IMG/VR virus record: IMGVR_UViG_3300032030_000060
Strand: one strand, 5' to 3'
DNA from: an uncultured virus (IMG/VR IMGVR_UViG_3300032030_000060)
Taxonomy: Duplodnaviria > Heunggongvirae > Uroviricota > Caudoviricetes
DNA: 20,000 bases
This document shows positions 6,695 to 15,165 of the stretch, piece by piece. The notes under the pieces were generated by a model. That model did no database searches and had not been told where the DNA came from. It saw only the letters and a list, made by a program, of their open reading frames with translations. Numbering within the stretch: the first letter of the stretch is position 1; each line of letters begins with the position of its first letter. A program made the position numbers and the translations under genes.

Positions 6695-6765
6695 AGCCCA
6701 TTTGTGTAAAGGTAGCACGGCGCACTATGTGCGTAGGCGTGGGTTCGACTCCGACATGGGCTTCA
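6695..6765 (+). tRNA. tRNA-like RNA or degenerate tRNA with non-canonical 5-nt anticodon loop
   Basis: Acceptor AGCCCAT/ATGGGCT, D arm GTGT-AAAGGTA-GCAC, anticodon arm GCGCA-CTATG-TGCGT, T arm GTGGG-TTCGACT-CCGAC (one mismatch). No encoded CCA. Confidence 0.65.
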
Positions 6766-6794
6766 ACGTCTAAAAAATACAAAACAAAACAACA

Positions 6795-6920
6795 ATGAAA
6801 ACAAAAACAAAGGATTTAATCGAGGCTATGGCACATGTGCTCGGCCTCAATAAGAATGAACTTGCCGCAGGATATGCGGCATTTGTGAACGATTTCTTTG
6901 GCAAGGAGGTCGTCGCATGA
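6795..6920 (+). CDS. Small hypothetical protein (41 aa)
   Basis: MKTKTKDLIEAMAHVLGLNKNELAAGYAAFVNDFFGKEVVA*, preceded by a Bacteroidota-type A-rich leader. Confidence 0.6.
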   Translation: MKTKTKDLIEAMAHVLGLNKNELAAGYAAFVNDFFGKEVVA

Positions 6921-7023
6921 TACAAATAATCATCTTCGCATGGGCTTGCGCATCTATCGCAGGTCTGTGCGCACTTCGCGAAAACAATTAACATAAACAT
7001 AAACCAATAAAATTTCAACTATT

Positions 7024-8439
7024 ATGGCAACAATTAATTTCAAAAACGCAATAACGAATGAGACAATCAGCGTGGCTAACATCAAAAAAGTAGCCGACCG
7101 CGAGTATTTCTTCACCGTCCGCGACAAGGGCTGCGGAACAAAGTTCTTCAACCGCAACGTCTGCTTTGCCAATAACGGCGACACCAACTATGGCGGCAAG
7201 AATGGCACGTCGCTCATCCTCATCGAGGGCTGGGAGCCAGTTGACGAGCCGAAGGCACGCAAGCCACGCGCGCCAAAGGCCGCTGTCACCGCAGAACCGA
7301 CAGTCAGCGCACCCGTGACCGCAACGCTCACCGAGCCCGTTGTGACCGAGCCTATCGTGGCTGAGCCTGAGCCTATTCCCGCAGAACCCGTGGCAGAACC
7401 CGAACCAACAGTCGCAACCGCCGCCACCCTAATGGCGATGCTGAATGTCACAGCCAAAAATCTCTCAAAAAAATACGGCGAACTTGCTGGCGACATCATC
7501 AACGCAGTGACCGCAGCCGTTGTCAAGGTGTGCGAGACCACAGTCAACGCCGACGAGGTCAAAAAACTAATCGACGAGCGTGTGAAGGCTCTCTGTGGCA
7601 CGGTCACAACAATCGTCGTGAAGCAAGCATCTGGCGTATCTAAGACGCTCAAGGGCGTGTTCCACAAGTCATTCGACATCTTCTGTAATCTTGTTGGTGC
7701 TGACAAGCCGTTGTATTTCTACGGCCCTGCTGGGTGCGGAAAGTCGTACATGGCGAAGCAGATTGCCGACGCTCTTGGCCTCGACTATTACGAGACCTCG
7801 CAAGCCATGTTTGCCCACGACCTCAAGGGCTACGGCGATGCCAAGGGAGAGTATGTCGGCACGCCGTTCTATAAGGCTTTTAAGTTCGGCGGCCTCTTCT
7901 TCCTTGACGAAGTTGACGCATCAGCACCCGAGGCTTTGGTTGTGTTGAACAACGCTATCGCTAACAAGCGTTTTGATTTCCCAGTGATAGGCAATGTAGA
8001 TGCACATCCTAATTTCCGTGTGATTGCAGCAGGTAACACACGCATGACTGGTGCAACGTTGGCGTACACCGCAAGACAGTGTCAAGATACGAGTTTTAAG
8101 AACCGCTTCTTCTTCGAGTTGGTTGGCTACGACGAGCGCATAGAGTTGTCTATTGCCAACGGCGACAAGGAAATCGTGGAGTTCGCCCACGACATCCGCA
8201 AGGCCGCACGTGAGACCAACATCTTGCAGTTGTGTTCCTATCGGCAGATTAAGGACATGGCGACTCTGTTGCCATGTGTGAACGGCGACCCTTCCCACAT
8301 TGTGCGCGGTAGCGTGTTACAGGAAAAAGAGGTCGACGAGGCCAATATCCTCTACTCTCACCTTGCCCACAAGAGCAATCCTTGGGCAAAGGCAATGAAA
8401 GCCGAAATAGAGAATATGAAAAACGAGGAGGTGTGGTAA
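7024..8439 (+). CDS. MoxR/CbbQ/CobS-like AAA+ ATPase (dynein-related AAA_5 type) with N-terminal domain and Pro/Glu/Thr-rich linker
   Basis: Walker A GPAGCGKS, Walker B FFLDEVD, 'AHPNFRVIAAGNT' sensor region and 'DTSFKNRF' Arg finger. Confidence 0.9.
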   Translation: MATINFKNAITNETISVANIKKVADREYFFTVRDKGCGTKFFNRNVCFANNGDTNYGGKNGTSLILIEGWEPVDEPKARKPRAPKAAVTAEPTVSAPVTATLTEPVVTEPIVAEPEPIPAEPVAEPEPTVATAATLMAMLNVTAKNLSKKYGELAGDIINAVTAAVVKVCETTVNADEVKKLIDERVKALCGTVTTIVVKQASGVSKTLKGVFHKSFDIFCNLVGADKPLYFYGPAGCGKSYMAKQIADALGLDYYETSQAMFAHDLKGYGDAKGEYVGTPFYKAFKFGGLFFLDEVDASAPEALVVLNNAIANKRFDFPVIGNVDAHPNFRVIAAGNTRMTGATLAYTARQCQDTSFKNRFFFELVGYDERIELSIANGDKEIVEFAHDIRKAARETNILQLCSYRQIKDMATLLPCVNGDPSHIVRGSVLQEKEVDEANILYSHLAHKSNPWAKAMKAEIENMKNEEVW

Positions 8440-8460
8440 CACCCTCCTCTACTTCCTTTT
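8425..8460 (+). terminator. Hairpin overlapping the ATPase stop codon (terminator/attenuator-like)
   Basis: GAGGAGGTGT/ACACCCTCCTC stem followed by TACTTCCTTTT. Confidence 0.4.
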
Positions 8461-8496
8461 CGTTGAATACAATATACAATAAAATAATATTATATC

Positions 8497-9324
8497 ATGG
8501 CTGATTTTTTCAAAAGGTTCGAGAACGTGACATCTTTGGTCACGTATCTCGACGAGGCTCCCGTACAGCCCTACTTTTTGGGTTGTCAGTCCTCGAAATC
8601 CACAAGCAACCCGCATTTCTATGGGTACGACTCGTACGAAGATGCCCGCGAGAAGATGCTCAACGGCGACAAGGAACTTGCAAAAAAGTTGCGTGGTACG
8701 GCAAAGTTAGACATTAACGTTCCTGCCACCGCGACAAAAAAGCGCATGGTGACGCGAGTCGTGGGGTTCATGCCGCATGTGCCTAATTATTTGGCTGGTG
8801 TACCCAATAACATGGTTTGGGTCGAGGAGCAAAAAGTAACCGAGCCTGTTATTACAATCGTTTATAACATCGGTTGTTTAGGGTCTTCATCAAGCGACAC
8901 GGTCACTAAGGTTTCGGCACGCATCATGTCGGCAATCATGTCAGCGGAGCGAAAAGGTTATAGAATCAACCTTTACGTTGCATCCGCACAGACACAAGGG
9001 AAGCAGTGCTGTGGTCTTTTATGTAAAGTAAAAGATAGCGGGCAGCATATTGATACGCTAAAAATGGCCGTACCGATGATTTCTCCCGCTATGAATCGTC
9101 GATTCGGCTTCCGCTTCAGAGAGACAATGCCTGGACTATCGGAGGACTGGGTGTACGGATATGGAAGTTCAATGGGAACGTACGAATTTCAGTCGTTCCT
9201 CAATAGGCAGAACTTTAAATATGATATTGCTATCGCTTTCGAGAGCGTCAAGCATATAAAGACGCAAGATGAACTTGAAAAGATGTTCATCGACGCATCT
9301 AAAAAAATAAAGCAAAATCACTAA
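8497..9324 (+). CDS. Putative vWA-like (CobT/CoxE-type) partner of the AAA+ ATPase
   Basis: Adjacent to a MoxR-type ATPase. 'GFMPHVPNYLAGVP' is followed by a beta-alpha-beta pattern (ITIVYNIG..SARIMSAIMSAERKGYRINLYV). The MIDAS motif is degenerate. Confidence 0.6.
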   Translation: MADFFKRFENVTSLVTYLDEAPVQPYFLGCQSSKSTSNPHFYGYDSYEDAREKMLNGDKELAKKLRGTAKLDINVPATATKKRMVTRVVGFMPHVPNYLAGVPNNMVWVEEQKVTEPVITIVYNIGCLGSSSSDTVTKVSARIMSAIMSAERKGYRINLYVASAQTQGKQCCGLLCKVKDSGQHIDTLKMAVPMISPAMNRRFGFRFRETMPGLSEDWVYGYGSSMGTYEFQSFLNRQNFKYDIAIAFESVKHIKTQDELEKMFIDASKKIKQNH

Positions 9325-9344
9325 CAATTTAAATATTCAAAAAC

Positions 9345-9854
9345 ATGGCAAAGTTAACAAAAGCCGAACTTGAAATGCTCGGCATCACAGAAAGCACAAA
9401 AGAGAGTGTAAACAACGAGTCGACAACCGCAGCATCCGCAACAGATGCGCCAGTCACGGCCACAACGCCCATTCATGAGCCGACAATCAGCGACGAAGAG
9501 CGTGAAAAGTTAACAAAAGAGTTTGTTGGGCATTTGGTGGTGGCTACGATACGTGGCCGTGAGTGCTACGGCGTGTGTGATAACATTTACAACACGCCAT
9601 ACGGCACAATGCTCGGGATTCTGTATAAATACGGCAAAGACGAGTGGCACGCCGCCCTCACCGCACCAACCAACGTGAAGAAGGCAGAAGGAAGCGAAGA
9701 GGAAAAAGCACGGACGTCCGCACTTTACTATTGTGAAATGGAGTCAAACTCCTTGCGTTGGCGCATAGCGAAGGAGAAGGCGTCTGGTGCGATACCGACA
9801 CGTGAAGAATACATGCTTCAGCGCATTGAGCGCATCCGTGAGCGCATCGCATAG
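9345..9854 (+). CDS. Hypothetical protein
   Basis: 169-aa ORF with an A-rich leader and a Thr/Ala-rich N-terminal linker. Confidence 0.8.
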   Translation: MAKLTKAELEMLGITESTKESVNNESTTAASATDAPVTATTPIHEPTISDEEREKLTKEFVGHLVVATIRGRECYGVCDNIYNTPYGTMLGILYKYGKDEWHAALTAPTNVKKAEGSEEEKARTSALYYCEMESNSLRWRIAKEKASGAIPTREEYMLQRIERIRERIA

Positions 9855-9869
9855 GCGGCTCACTATCAC

Positions 9870-9935
9870 GGCGGCGGTCATGGTGACGTGAAAGCGAATG
9901 CTGGAACGTGGTGGTTCGATTCCACTGCCGCTTCA
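9870..9935 (+). ncRNA. Reduced tRNA-like RNA
   Basis: Acceptor-like GGCGGC/GCCGCT, D-like GTCA-TGG-TGAC, mini arm AGC-GAAT-GCT and canonical T arm GGTGG-TTCGATT-CCACT. It ends CTTCAA like the 6695 element. Confidence 0.55.
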
Positions 9936-9991
9936 AAGAAACAATCTTAAAATAACAACAATATCGTTTAATTTAAAACATTACAACTATT

Positions 9992-10471
9992 ATGAAAAGA
10001 GAAGAATACACAAAGCGCGTCAACGAAATGTGCGCTTACATTGACGACCATGCTTACGACAACATGGCAAAAGAACTGAAAGAGCGCAAAATTACCAACC
10101 CTCTCACATACGGAGCATGGTGCGAGCGCAACTTTGAGTTGAATTTACGAGAGGACTACAAGCGTATGACGACATGTACGTCAGATTTAAGCATCGCTGA
10201 ATGGTGTGTACCTATTGAGGGTATGACGGCAATATCCTCAACTTTGCGAAACATGGTTCTATTCTGGCGTGACAATATCGAGTTGATGGCCGAGTTTATA
10301 ATCGTGCTGAATATGAATGCACGGGAGCACCACGCAAGAAGGAACGTCAACTATGCCGATATGTATAGCGAACTTTACCTTATGATGAAGGATTTGTTCT
10401 TTGATTGGTTTGACGAGAGCAATCCAAATCACGACGAGGCGGTACGCTACTACTATGATTACGTCGACTAA
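9992..10471 (+). CDS. Hypothetical protein
   Basis: 159-aa ORF with A/T-rich leader. Confidence 0.8.
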   Translation: MKREEYTKRVNEMCAYIDDHAYDNMAKELKERKITNPLTYGAWCERNFELNLREDYKRMTTCTSDLSIAEWCVPIEGMTAISSTLRNMVLFWRDNIELMAEFIIVLNMNAREHHARRNVNYADMYSELYLMMKDLFFDWFDESNPNHDEAVRYYYDYVD

Positions 10472-10537
10472 TTTGTTCACACTCACGCGCCGCTTGCGAA
10501 CACTGGCGGCGCATACTTTAACAATCACACAACAACA

Positions 10538-10813
10538 ATGAAATATCAACTTTTAATTACAGCGAATTGCGACAGCGACAGCGTCGTGATTTTCGCACAA
10601 GAATACGAGAAAAGCATCGTAAGCGACGGAAGAATAAAAGAAGTGATTTCCTCACTTATACCATGCGTAAAATGGGAATATGACGACGGCGACGACGTGG
10701 TTGGCACTAATTATTGCCAGTATGCTGCGTACACCGAGCCAGAAGACTATACCCACTACCTTCTCGCGTCGTGGAATGCAATCGACGAAACAAAAGGGTG
10801 TGGTATTATTTAA
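10538..10813 (+). CDS. Hypothetical protein
   Basis: 91-aa acidic ORF with ACAACAACAATG leader. Confidence 0.75.
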   Translation: MKYQLLITANCDSDSVVIFAQEYEKSIVSDGRIKEVISSLIPCVKWEYDDGDDVVGTNYCQYAAYTEPEDYTHYLLASWNAIDETKGCGII

Positions 10814-10864
10814 CTCTCGCGCAAGTAATAATAATTAATATATTATAATTAATAAATTTCAATT

Positions 10865-11215
10865 ATGAAAACGAAAGATTTTATCTGCTACGTGGTTTTA
10901 GGCATACAGCCTGACTTTATCGACAACCTTTGCGACGAGTTCGACGTAGACTTTTCGTATGACGACATCAAAGAAATACTCGACATGTGTTCGGGTGGCT
11001 TCCAAAAAGAAGACCATTACAACAGTGTAGGCAATGAGATTATACGCCACATCTACGGCCAAATCATCGCCTACCACAACGACGTTCTGGACGAAAACAA
11101 GTTTGATTATATACTTGACGGAAGATGCAGCCGCCTGTACTACGACGGAGAAACAATTTACTCTAAGCAGGACATTGAGAACTTAGAGGAACAGCACGAA
11201 CTTGAGACAAAGTAA
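10865..11215 (+). CDS. Hypothetical acidic protein
   Basis: 116-aa D/E-rich ORF. Confidence 0.8.
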   Translation: MKTKDFICYVVLGIQPDFIDNLCDEFDVDFSYDDIKEILDMCSGGFQKEDHYNSVGNEIIRHIYGQIIAYHNDVLDENKFDYILDGRCSRLYYDGETIYSKQDIENLEEQHELETK

Positions 11216-11243
11216 AAGTAAAAGTAAACAACATATAGCAAAT

Positions 11244-11552
11244 ATGGAAGCAATTAAGATTTGGCTTGTTACTCAAGAAAGTAACGTTGATGGACTGATT
11301 GTGTTCAATGTAGTCCCTTGCATTAGCGAAGATACGGCAAAGCGAGTGTTGCAAAAAGAAGTGCAAACACTATTAAGCGAATCTCCTAAGTACAAAGATG
11401 CTAAGCGATGGATGGATGGAGATGATAGCCTAAACTATGACGACTGCCCATACACATGGGAGAGCGATAACGACGATGCGTTCTACATCTCTTGCGTATA
11501 TGATGACTATTATGAGTTAATCAAAATAGAAAAGAAAGAAATCCAGTATTAA
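11244..11552 (+). CDS. Hypothetical acidic protein
   Basis: ATG at 11244 (MEAIKIW) within the listed 11202..11552 ORF. Confidence 0.75.
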   Translation: MEAIKIWLVTQESNVDGLIVFNVVPCISEDTAKRVLQKEVQTLLSESPKYKDAKRWMDGDDSLNYDDCPYTWESDNDDAFYISCVYDDYYELIKIEKKEIQY

Positions 11553-11637
11553 CCTATGGCAAAAGTAATTTTAACCGATGCAATCATCAACGAGAGAAAT
11601 TGATAACTTTGGTATTAACCACATAAACATAACGACT

Positions 11638-12000
11638 ATGGCAAGGTATGAGGTTTACGACAACAACGACGAGGTCATTATGGAAACAATTAAGATTTGT
11701 AAAATTTCACCCGAAAACGGATATGAAGACGGAATCGCCGAATACAACGGCAAACTAAGCGCAGTTTACGCACTGTGCTTGTATGTGTGTCAACGCTTAT
11801 GGCACACAGACTACCTTAATAAGCGGATGATTGAGAAAGCAAGAAGCATGATAACGCTCGGCAAATCAAACAAGGCTTGCTACTTTTGGGCTAACAACGA
11901 CGTAACGTATTCCGCTATAGCAACAAGTGGAAAAGACGCAATCACTGGCGAGTTTGGAAGTAAGTATGATTATGAACCAAATTATCCGACAAAATGTTAG
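11638..12000 (+). CDS. Hypothetical protein
   Basis: ATG at 11638 (MARYEVY) after an A/C-rich leader, within the listed 11578..12000 ORF. Confidence 0.7.
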   Translation: MARYEVYDNNDEVIMETIKICKISPENGYEDGIAEYNGKLSAVYALCLYVCQRLWHTDYLNKRMIEKARSMITLGKSNKACYFWANNDVTYSAIATSGKDAITGEFGSKYDYEPNYPTKC

Positions 12001-12006
12001 AGGATT

Positions 12007-12162
12007 ATGAAGACATACTTTATCTACACATCAGCAAGCGGCGAGGAACACCGTATCGACGTTGAAAAATTCATGCAAGAATACGCCTACAATGACATCG
12101 TGCATTGTAAACGCAACCTCATGGGATGGATTGGAACTAACAAACATTTTGAATATGAATAA
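12007..12162 (+). CDS. Small hypothetical protein (51 aa)
   Basis: MKTYFIYTSASGEEHRIDVEKFMQEYAYNDIVHCKRNLMGWIGTNKHFEYE*; fills the gap and overlaps the next start. Confidence 0.6.
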   Translation: MKTYFIYTSASGEEHRIDVEKFMQEYAYNDIVHCKRNLMGWIGTNKHFEYE

Positions 12163-12949
12163 ATATGCTACTTACATTCGAGTCTCTACGGCCAAACAAG
12201 GTCGTAGCGGATTAGGACTGGAATCACAACAAAAGATATGCGGCGATTTTATTGCCGCTCAAGGCGGGACGAAAATCGCCGAATTTAAAGACGTCGAGTC
12301 TGGCACACATCGTGACAGACGAGGACTCATTGCGGCGATAGAGTTCTGCAAGACCAACAAATGCGGATTGGTCATCGCTAAACTTGACCGTCTTGCAAGA
12401 GATGTCGAATTTTGTTTCCGTGTTGTTAACACGGGCATCGATATTCATTTCTGCGACATGCCAACAATTAACACATTGTTGTTAGGCGTTTTCGCAGCCG
12501 TGGCGCAATACGAAAGAGAACTTACAAGTGATAGAACGAAAAAGGCACTTGCTGCCAAGAAAGCACGTGGTGAAAAACTTGGTGGTGCTTCGCTCGGATG
12601 GCAAGTATCATACAAACTTAAAACAAAAGAAGAAAAACAAAACGAATCTATGGAAAGAGGTAAAATGAAGCGGTCTCGACATCAGACATCAAGAGACACG
12701 CAAGCATTTATTAGGGTACTCAAAAGAGTGTTCCCTAATGCCACATTGGGCGACGACCCCTCAAAATGGCTATGGAATCAAATTTGTTGTAAACAGCCAA
12801 AAAGAGACGAGATACTCTCTATCATGGCTGATTACCAAAATATTGATTCAACGTTATTCCCAAATTGGGATTTCAAGCTATCAACAGAAAAGAATGCGCA
12901 GAAACTGCGCTCTTATATGCAAGCGTTCAAAAAATCATTTATTAACTAA
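12155..12949 (+). CDS. Serine recombinase (resolvase/invertase family)
   Basis: Start MNKYATYIRVST with catalytic YxRVS. Also 'DVESG', 'LVIAKLDRLAR' and 'AVAQYERELTSDRTKKALAAKKARGEKLG'. Confidence 0.92.
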   Translation: MNKYATYIRVSTAKQGRSGLGLESQQKICGDFIAAQGGTKIAEFKDVESGTHRDRRGLIAAIEFCKTNKCGLVIAKLDRLARDVEFCFRVVNTGIDIHFCDMPTINTLLLGVFAAVAQYERELTSDRTKKALAAKKARGEKLGGASLGWQVSYKLKTKEEKQNESMERGKMKRSRHQTSRDTQAFIRVLKRVFPNATLGDDPSKWLWNQICCKQPKRDEILSIMADYQNIDSTLFPNWDFKLSTEKNAQKLRSYMQAFKKSFIN

Positions 12950-12961
12950 AACAAAATAACT

Positions 12962-13051
12962 ATGGCAATTATTCTATTGTTCGGATTCATCGGCTGTATC
13001 CTTAACGGCGACCTCATTAAGATGGGTGGTCGTGGTGGTAGAAAACTCTAA
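12962..13051 (+). CDS. Small hydrophobic peptide (29 aa)
   Basis: MAIILLFGFIGCILNGDLIKMGGRGGRKL* with an A-rich leader. Confidence 0.45.
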   Translation: MAIILLFGFIGCILNGDLIKMGGRGGRKL

Positions 13052-13114
13052 ACACTATCAGGACCGCCGAACGGAAAACAGTCACTTAAACATTAAAACA
13101 ACAAAATTTTAAAT

Positions 13115-13453
13115 ATGACAACAACTGATTTTTACGACATCGGAAAACTTGGCCGTGCCCTCATCGCTTTTGAAAAAGCGATGGCAAATTATCGTGCAAT
13201 TATCGAAGGCCGTGAAACAATAGCAAAAGGCATGAGGAGCAAATACCCAAATATGAAGATAGATGCCATTCGCAGCCAAATGGCGACGCAAGAAGAACAG
13301 TTTTTTATGGCGGCTCAAGTTGAGTACGACGACGCAAAATGCTGCGCTTGTAGTCTCGGCATTGAGTTGCCAACTATCGATGTGAAAAAAGATGTTCTTA
13401 ACATCTTACGATTACGAAAAAAATATGTAGAACTTAAAAATATCAACGTATAA
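13115..13453 (+). CDS. Hypothetical helical protein
   Basis: 112-aa ORF with A-rich leader. Confidence 0.8.
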   Translation: MTTTDFYDIGKLGRALIAFEKAMANYRAIIEGRETIAKGMRSKYPNMKIDAIRSQMATQEEQFFMAAQVEYDDAKCCACSLGIELPTIDVKKDVLNILRLRKKYVELKNINV

Positions 13454-13454
13454 C

Positions 13455-13598
13455 ATGGGAAAAAAGAAATGTTGTATCTGCGGTCGGACATTTATAGGTT
13501 ACGAAAATAATCCGTGGCCTATTGAAAACGATGGAGTGTGCTGCGACACATGCAACGAAAAAGTGATAACCGAACGTTTAAAACTTATAACAAAATGA
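13455..13598 (+). CDS. Small Cys-rich (zinc-finger-like) phage protein
   Basis: MGKKKCCICGRTFIGYENNPWPIENDGVCCDTCNEKVITERLKLITK*; CxxC...CxxC. Confidence 0.7.
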   Translation: MGKKKCCICGRTFIGYENNPWPIENDGVCCDTCNEKVITERLKLITK

Positions 13599-13831
13599 TA
13601 ATGAACAACATCAACGACAACGAAAAGAGCGCACGTACCCAATGCGCTCAAATCGTAAAATGGTTAGAGCAGGGTTACTCAATCACCTCACTTGAGGCAT
13701 TGCAAATGTTCGGGTGCATGCGCCTTGCATCACGCATTTGCGACCTCCGTGAACGTGGCTATCAAATCAATACTTGCAAAATCAAGACTGCAACTGGTAA
13801 ATGGATTACAGAATATACTTTAAAAAAATAA
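13595..13831 (+). CDS. Winged helix-turn-helix protein (HTH_39-like)
   Basis: 'TQCAQIVKWLEQGYSITSLEALQMFGCMRLASRICDLRERGYQI'; ATGA overlap with the upstream stop. Confidence 0.8.
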   Translation: MIMNNINDNEKSARTQCAQIVKWLEQGYSITSLEALQMFGCMRLASRICDLRERGYQINTCKIKTATGKWITEYTLKK

Positions 13832-14074
13832 TGTTATGACGAACATCGGATTAAAGTACTTATCTACAGTTTCTTCCGAATTGCGTGAAATAAAAGAACA
13901 GTTAGAAAAACCAACGATACCTTGGTGCTTATTGCCAAGGTTATGAACGAGCGCAAATAACGTGTTTTTTAAGCACGCTACGGCACTTTGCTACACTTTG
14001 TGGGATAACCTACCCACCAGTAGTTACAAAACCGCTTAAAACGTTTAAAAAATAACTAAAGAATAAGAGGAATC

Positions 14075-14347
14075 ATGGCAACAATTTATAAAACAAACGG
14101 AACAGAGGTGGAAATACAGCCGCAGAACGGAAAAGATTTCACACTACAAGAAATGCAGGACATTGTCGGTGGCTACATCGAAATACTGCCAATTGGCGAC
14201 TATTTGATGGTTATAAACGAAGAAGGGAAATTGAACGGATTAGGAATCAACAAGAAAGCCACTGATATTTTCCTCTCATACTATCTTTACTCATTCGACA
14301 TCATCGTTGGTGATGTACTTGTTTGCGAAGCGAATCAAATTATATAA
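14075..14347 (+). CDS. DUF3846-like phage protein
   Basis: 'TLQEMQDIVGGYIE...MVINEEGKL...N..AT...IVGDVLV' motif pattern. Confidence 0.75.
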   Translation: MATIYKTNGTEVEIQPQNGKDFTLQEMQDIVGGYIEILPIGDYLMVINEEGKLNGLGINKKATDIFLSYYLYSFDIIVGDVLVCEANQII

Positions 14348-14364
14348 ACTTAAAACGAAAAGAA

Positions 14365-14673
14365 ATGGAAGAGATTATTAAAATCCGTTGCCAAAAATGC
14401 GGAGAGATAAAACCGCAGAGAATGTTCAAAAAGACTCGTTGGGGAAACTTTTCGATTGTGTGCAACGAATGCGTCGCCGCCGCAAGGCATGCAAATGCGC
14501 AGAAGAAAATAAACTCTGAGATTGAAAGTGTTAAAGTTGAACTTGAAAAAGCGAGACTGTTACGTATCTCAGAGTTCTCTCCTCGTGAACTGATGCAAGA
14601 ACTTGCTCGTCGTGGCTACGAAGGGAAACTGACGTACACCACTACACACACAATTGACATCACTAATTTCTAA
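14365..14673 (+). CDS. Hypothetical protein with N-terminal zinc ribbon
   Basis: ATG at 14365; CQKCG...CNEC; C-terminal 'FSPRELMQELARRGYEGKL'. Confidence 0.75.
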   Translation: MEEIIKIRCQKCGEIKPQRMFKKTRWGNFSIVCNECVAAARHANAQKKINSEIESVKVELEKARLLRISEFSPRELMQELARRGYEGKLTYTTTHTIDITNF

Positions 14674-14737
14674 TCGTATCATCGTGCGACTTTTGTGAGA
14701 TAACTACTCACCAAGTCACACATAAAGCATTACATTT

Positions 14738-15145
14738 ATGTTCAATCAACAAAAATTCAACAAGTGGGAAGAAGAGACTCATATTCCGAAGAAGATTATG
14801 GATATGGTCGAATGGATATGCGAAAAATGCGGTGTCTGTTTGATAGAAGAAACAATCACGTTGCGTAACAGAGGAGGTTATGCTTATGCTTTTGCAAAAG
14901 GCTACCAATACTCTTATTGTACGTCCTCGTATGAGGACGGGCCTGATGTAGACTATTCAGATGAAATCGCAAAATGGCTGAAGGGACTTGGTTTTATAAT
15001 CGAAAACTCTTATGGTGACAACGGATTAGATAGCGCAACGAATTGGCACGACACTTTTGGGCATTACGATTTCGTGTACCAGCCGACAAAGGTGTATGCC
15101 GAAATATTTGAAGAGTATTCCGATGATGATGATGACTATGAGTAA
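14738..15145 (+). CDS. Hypothetical protein with acidic C-terminus
   Basis: 135-aa ORF ending SDDDDDYE. Confidence 0.8.
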   Translation: MFNQQKFNKWEEETHIPKKIMDMVEWICEKCGVCLIEETITLRNRGGYAYAFAKGYQYSYCTSSYEDGPDVDYSDEIAKWLKGLGFIIENSYGDNGLDSATNWHDTFGHYDFVYQPTKVYAEIFEEYSDDDDDYE

Positions 15146-15165
15146 AAGTTAAAAATGTTAATGTT

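Noticed and set aside
6695..6765. Amber suppressor tRNA (CTA in the loop) and TAG-recoded genetic code
   Set aside because: CTA cannot be centred in a 7-nt loop with a paired stem. Genes read intact in the standard code and several end at TAG at sensible positions (1980, 2625, 9854, 12000).
12155..12949. IS607-family transposon or prophage integrase
   Set aside because: No N-terminal MerR-like HTH or adjacent tnpB as in IS607, too short for a large serine integrase, and no att or terminal repeats seen.
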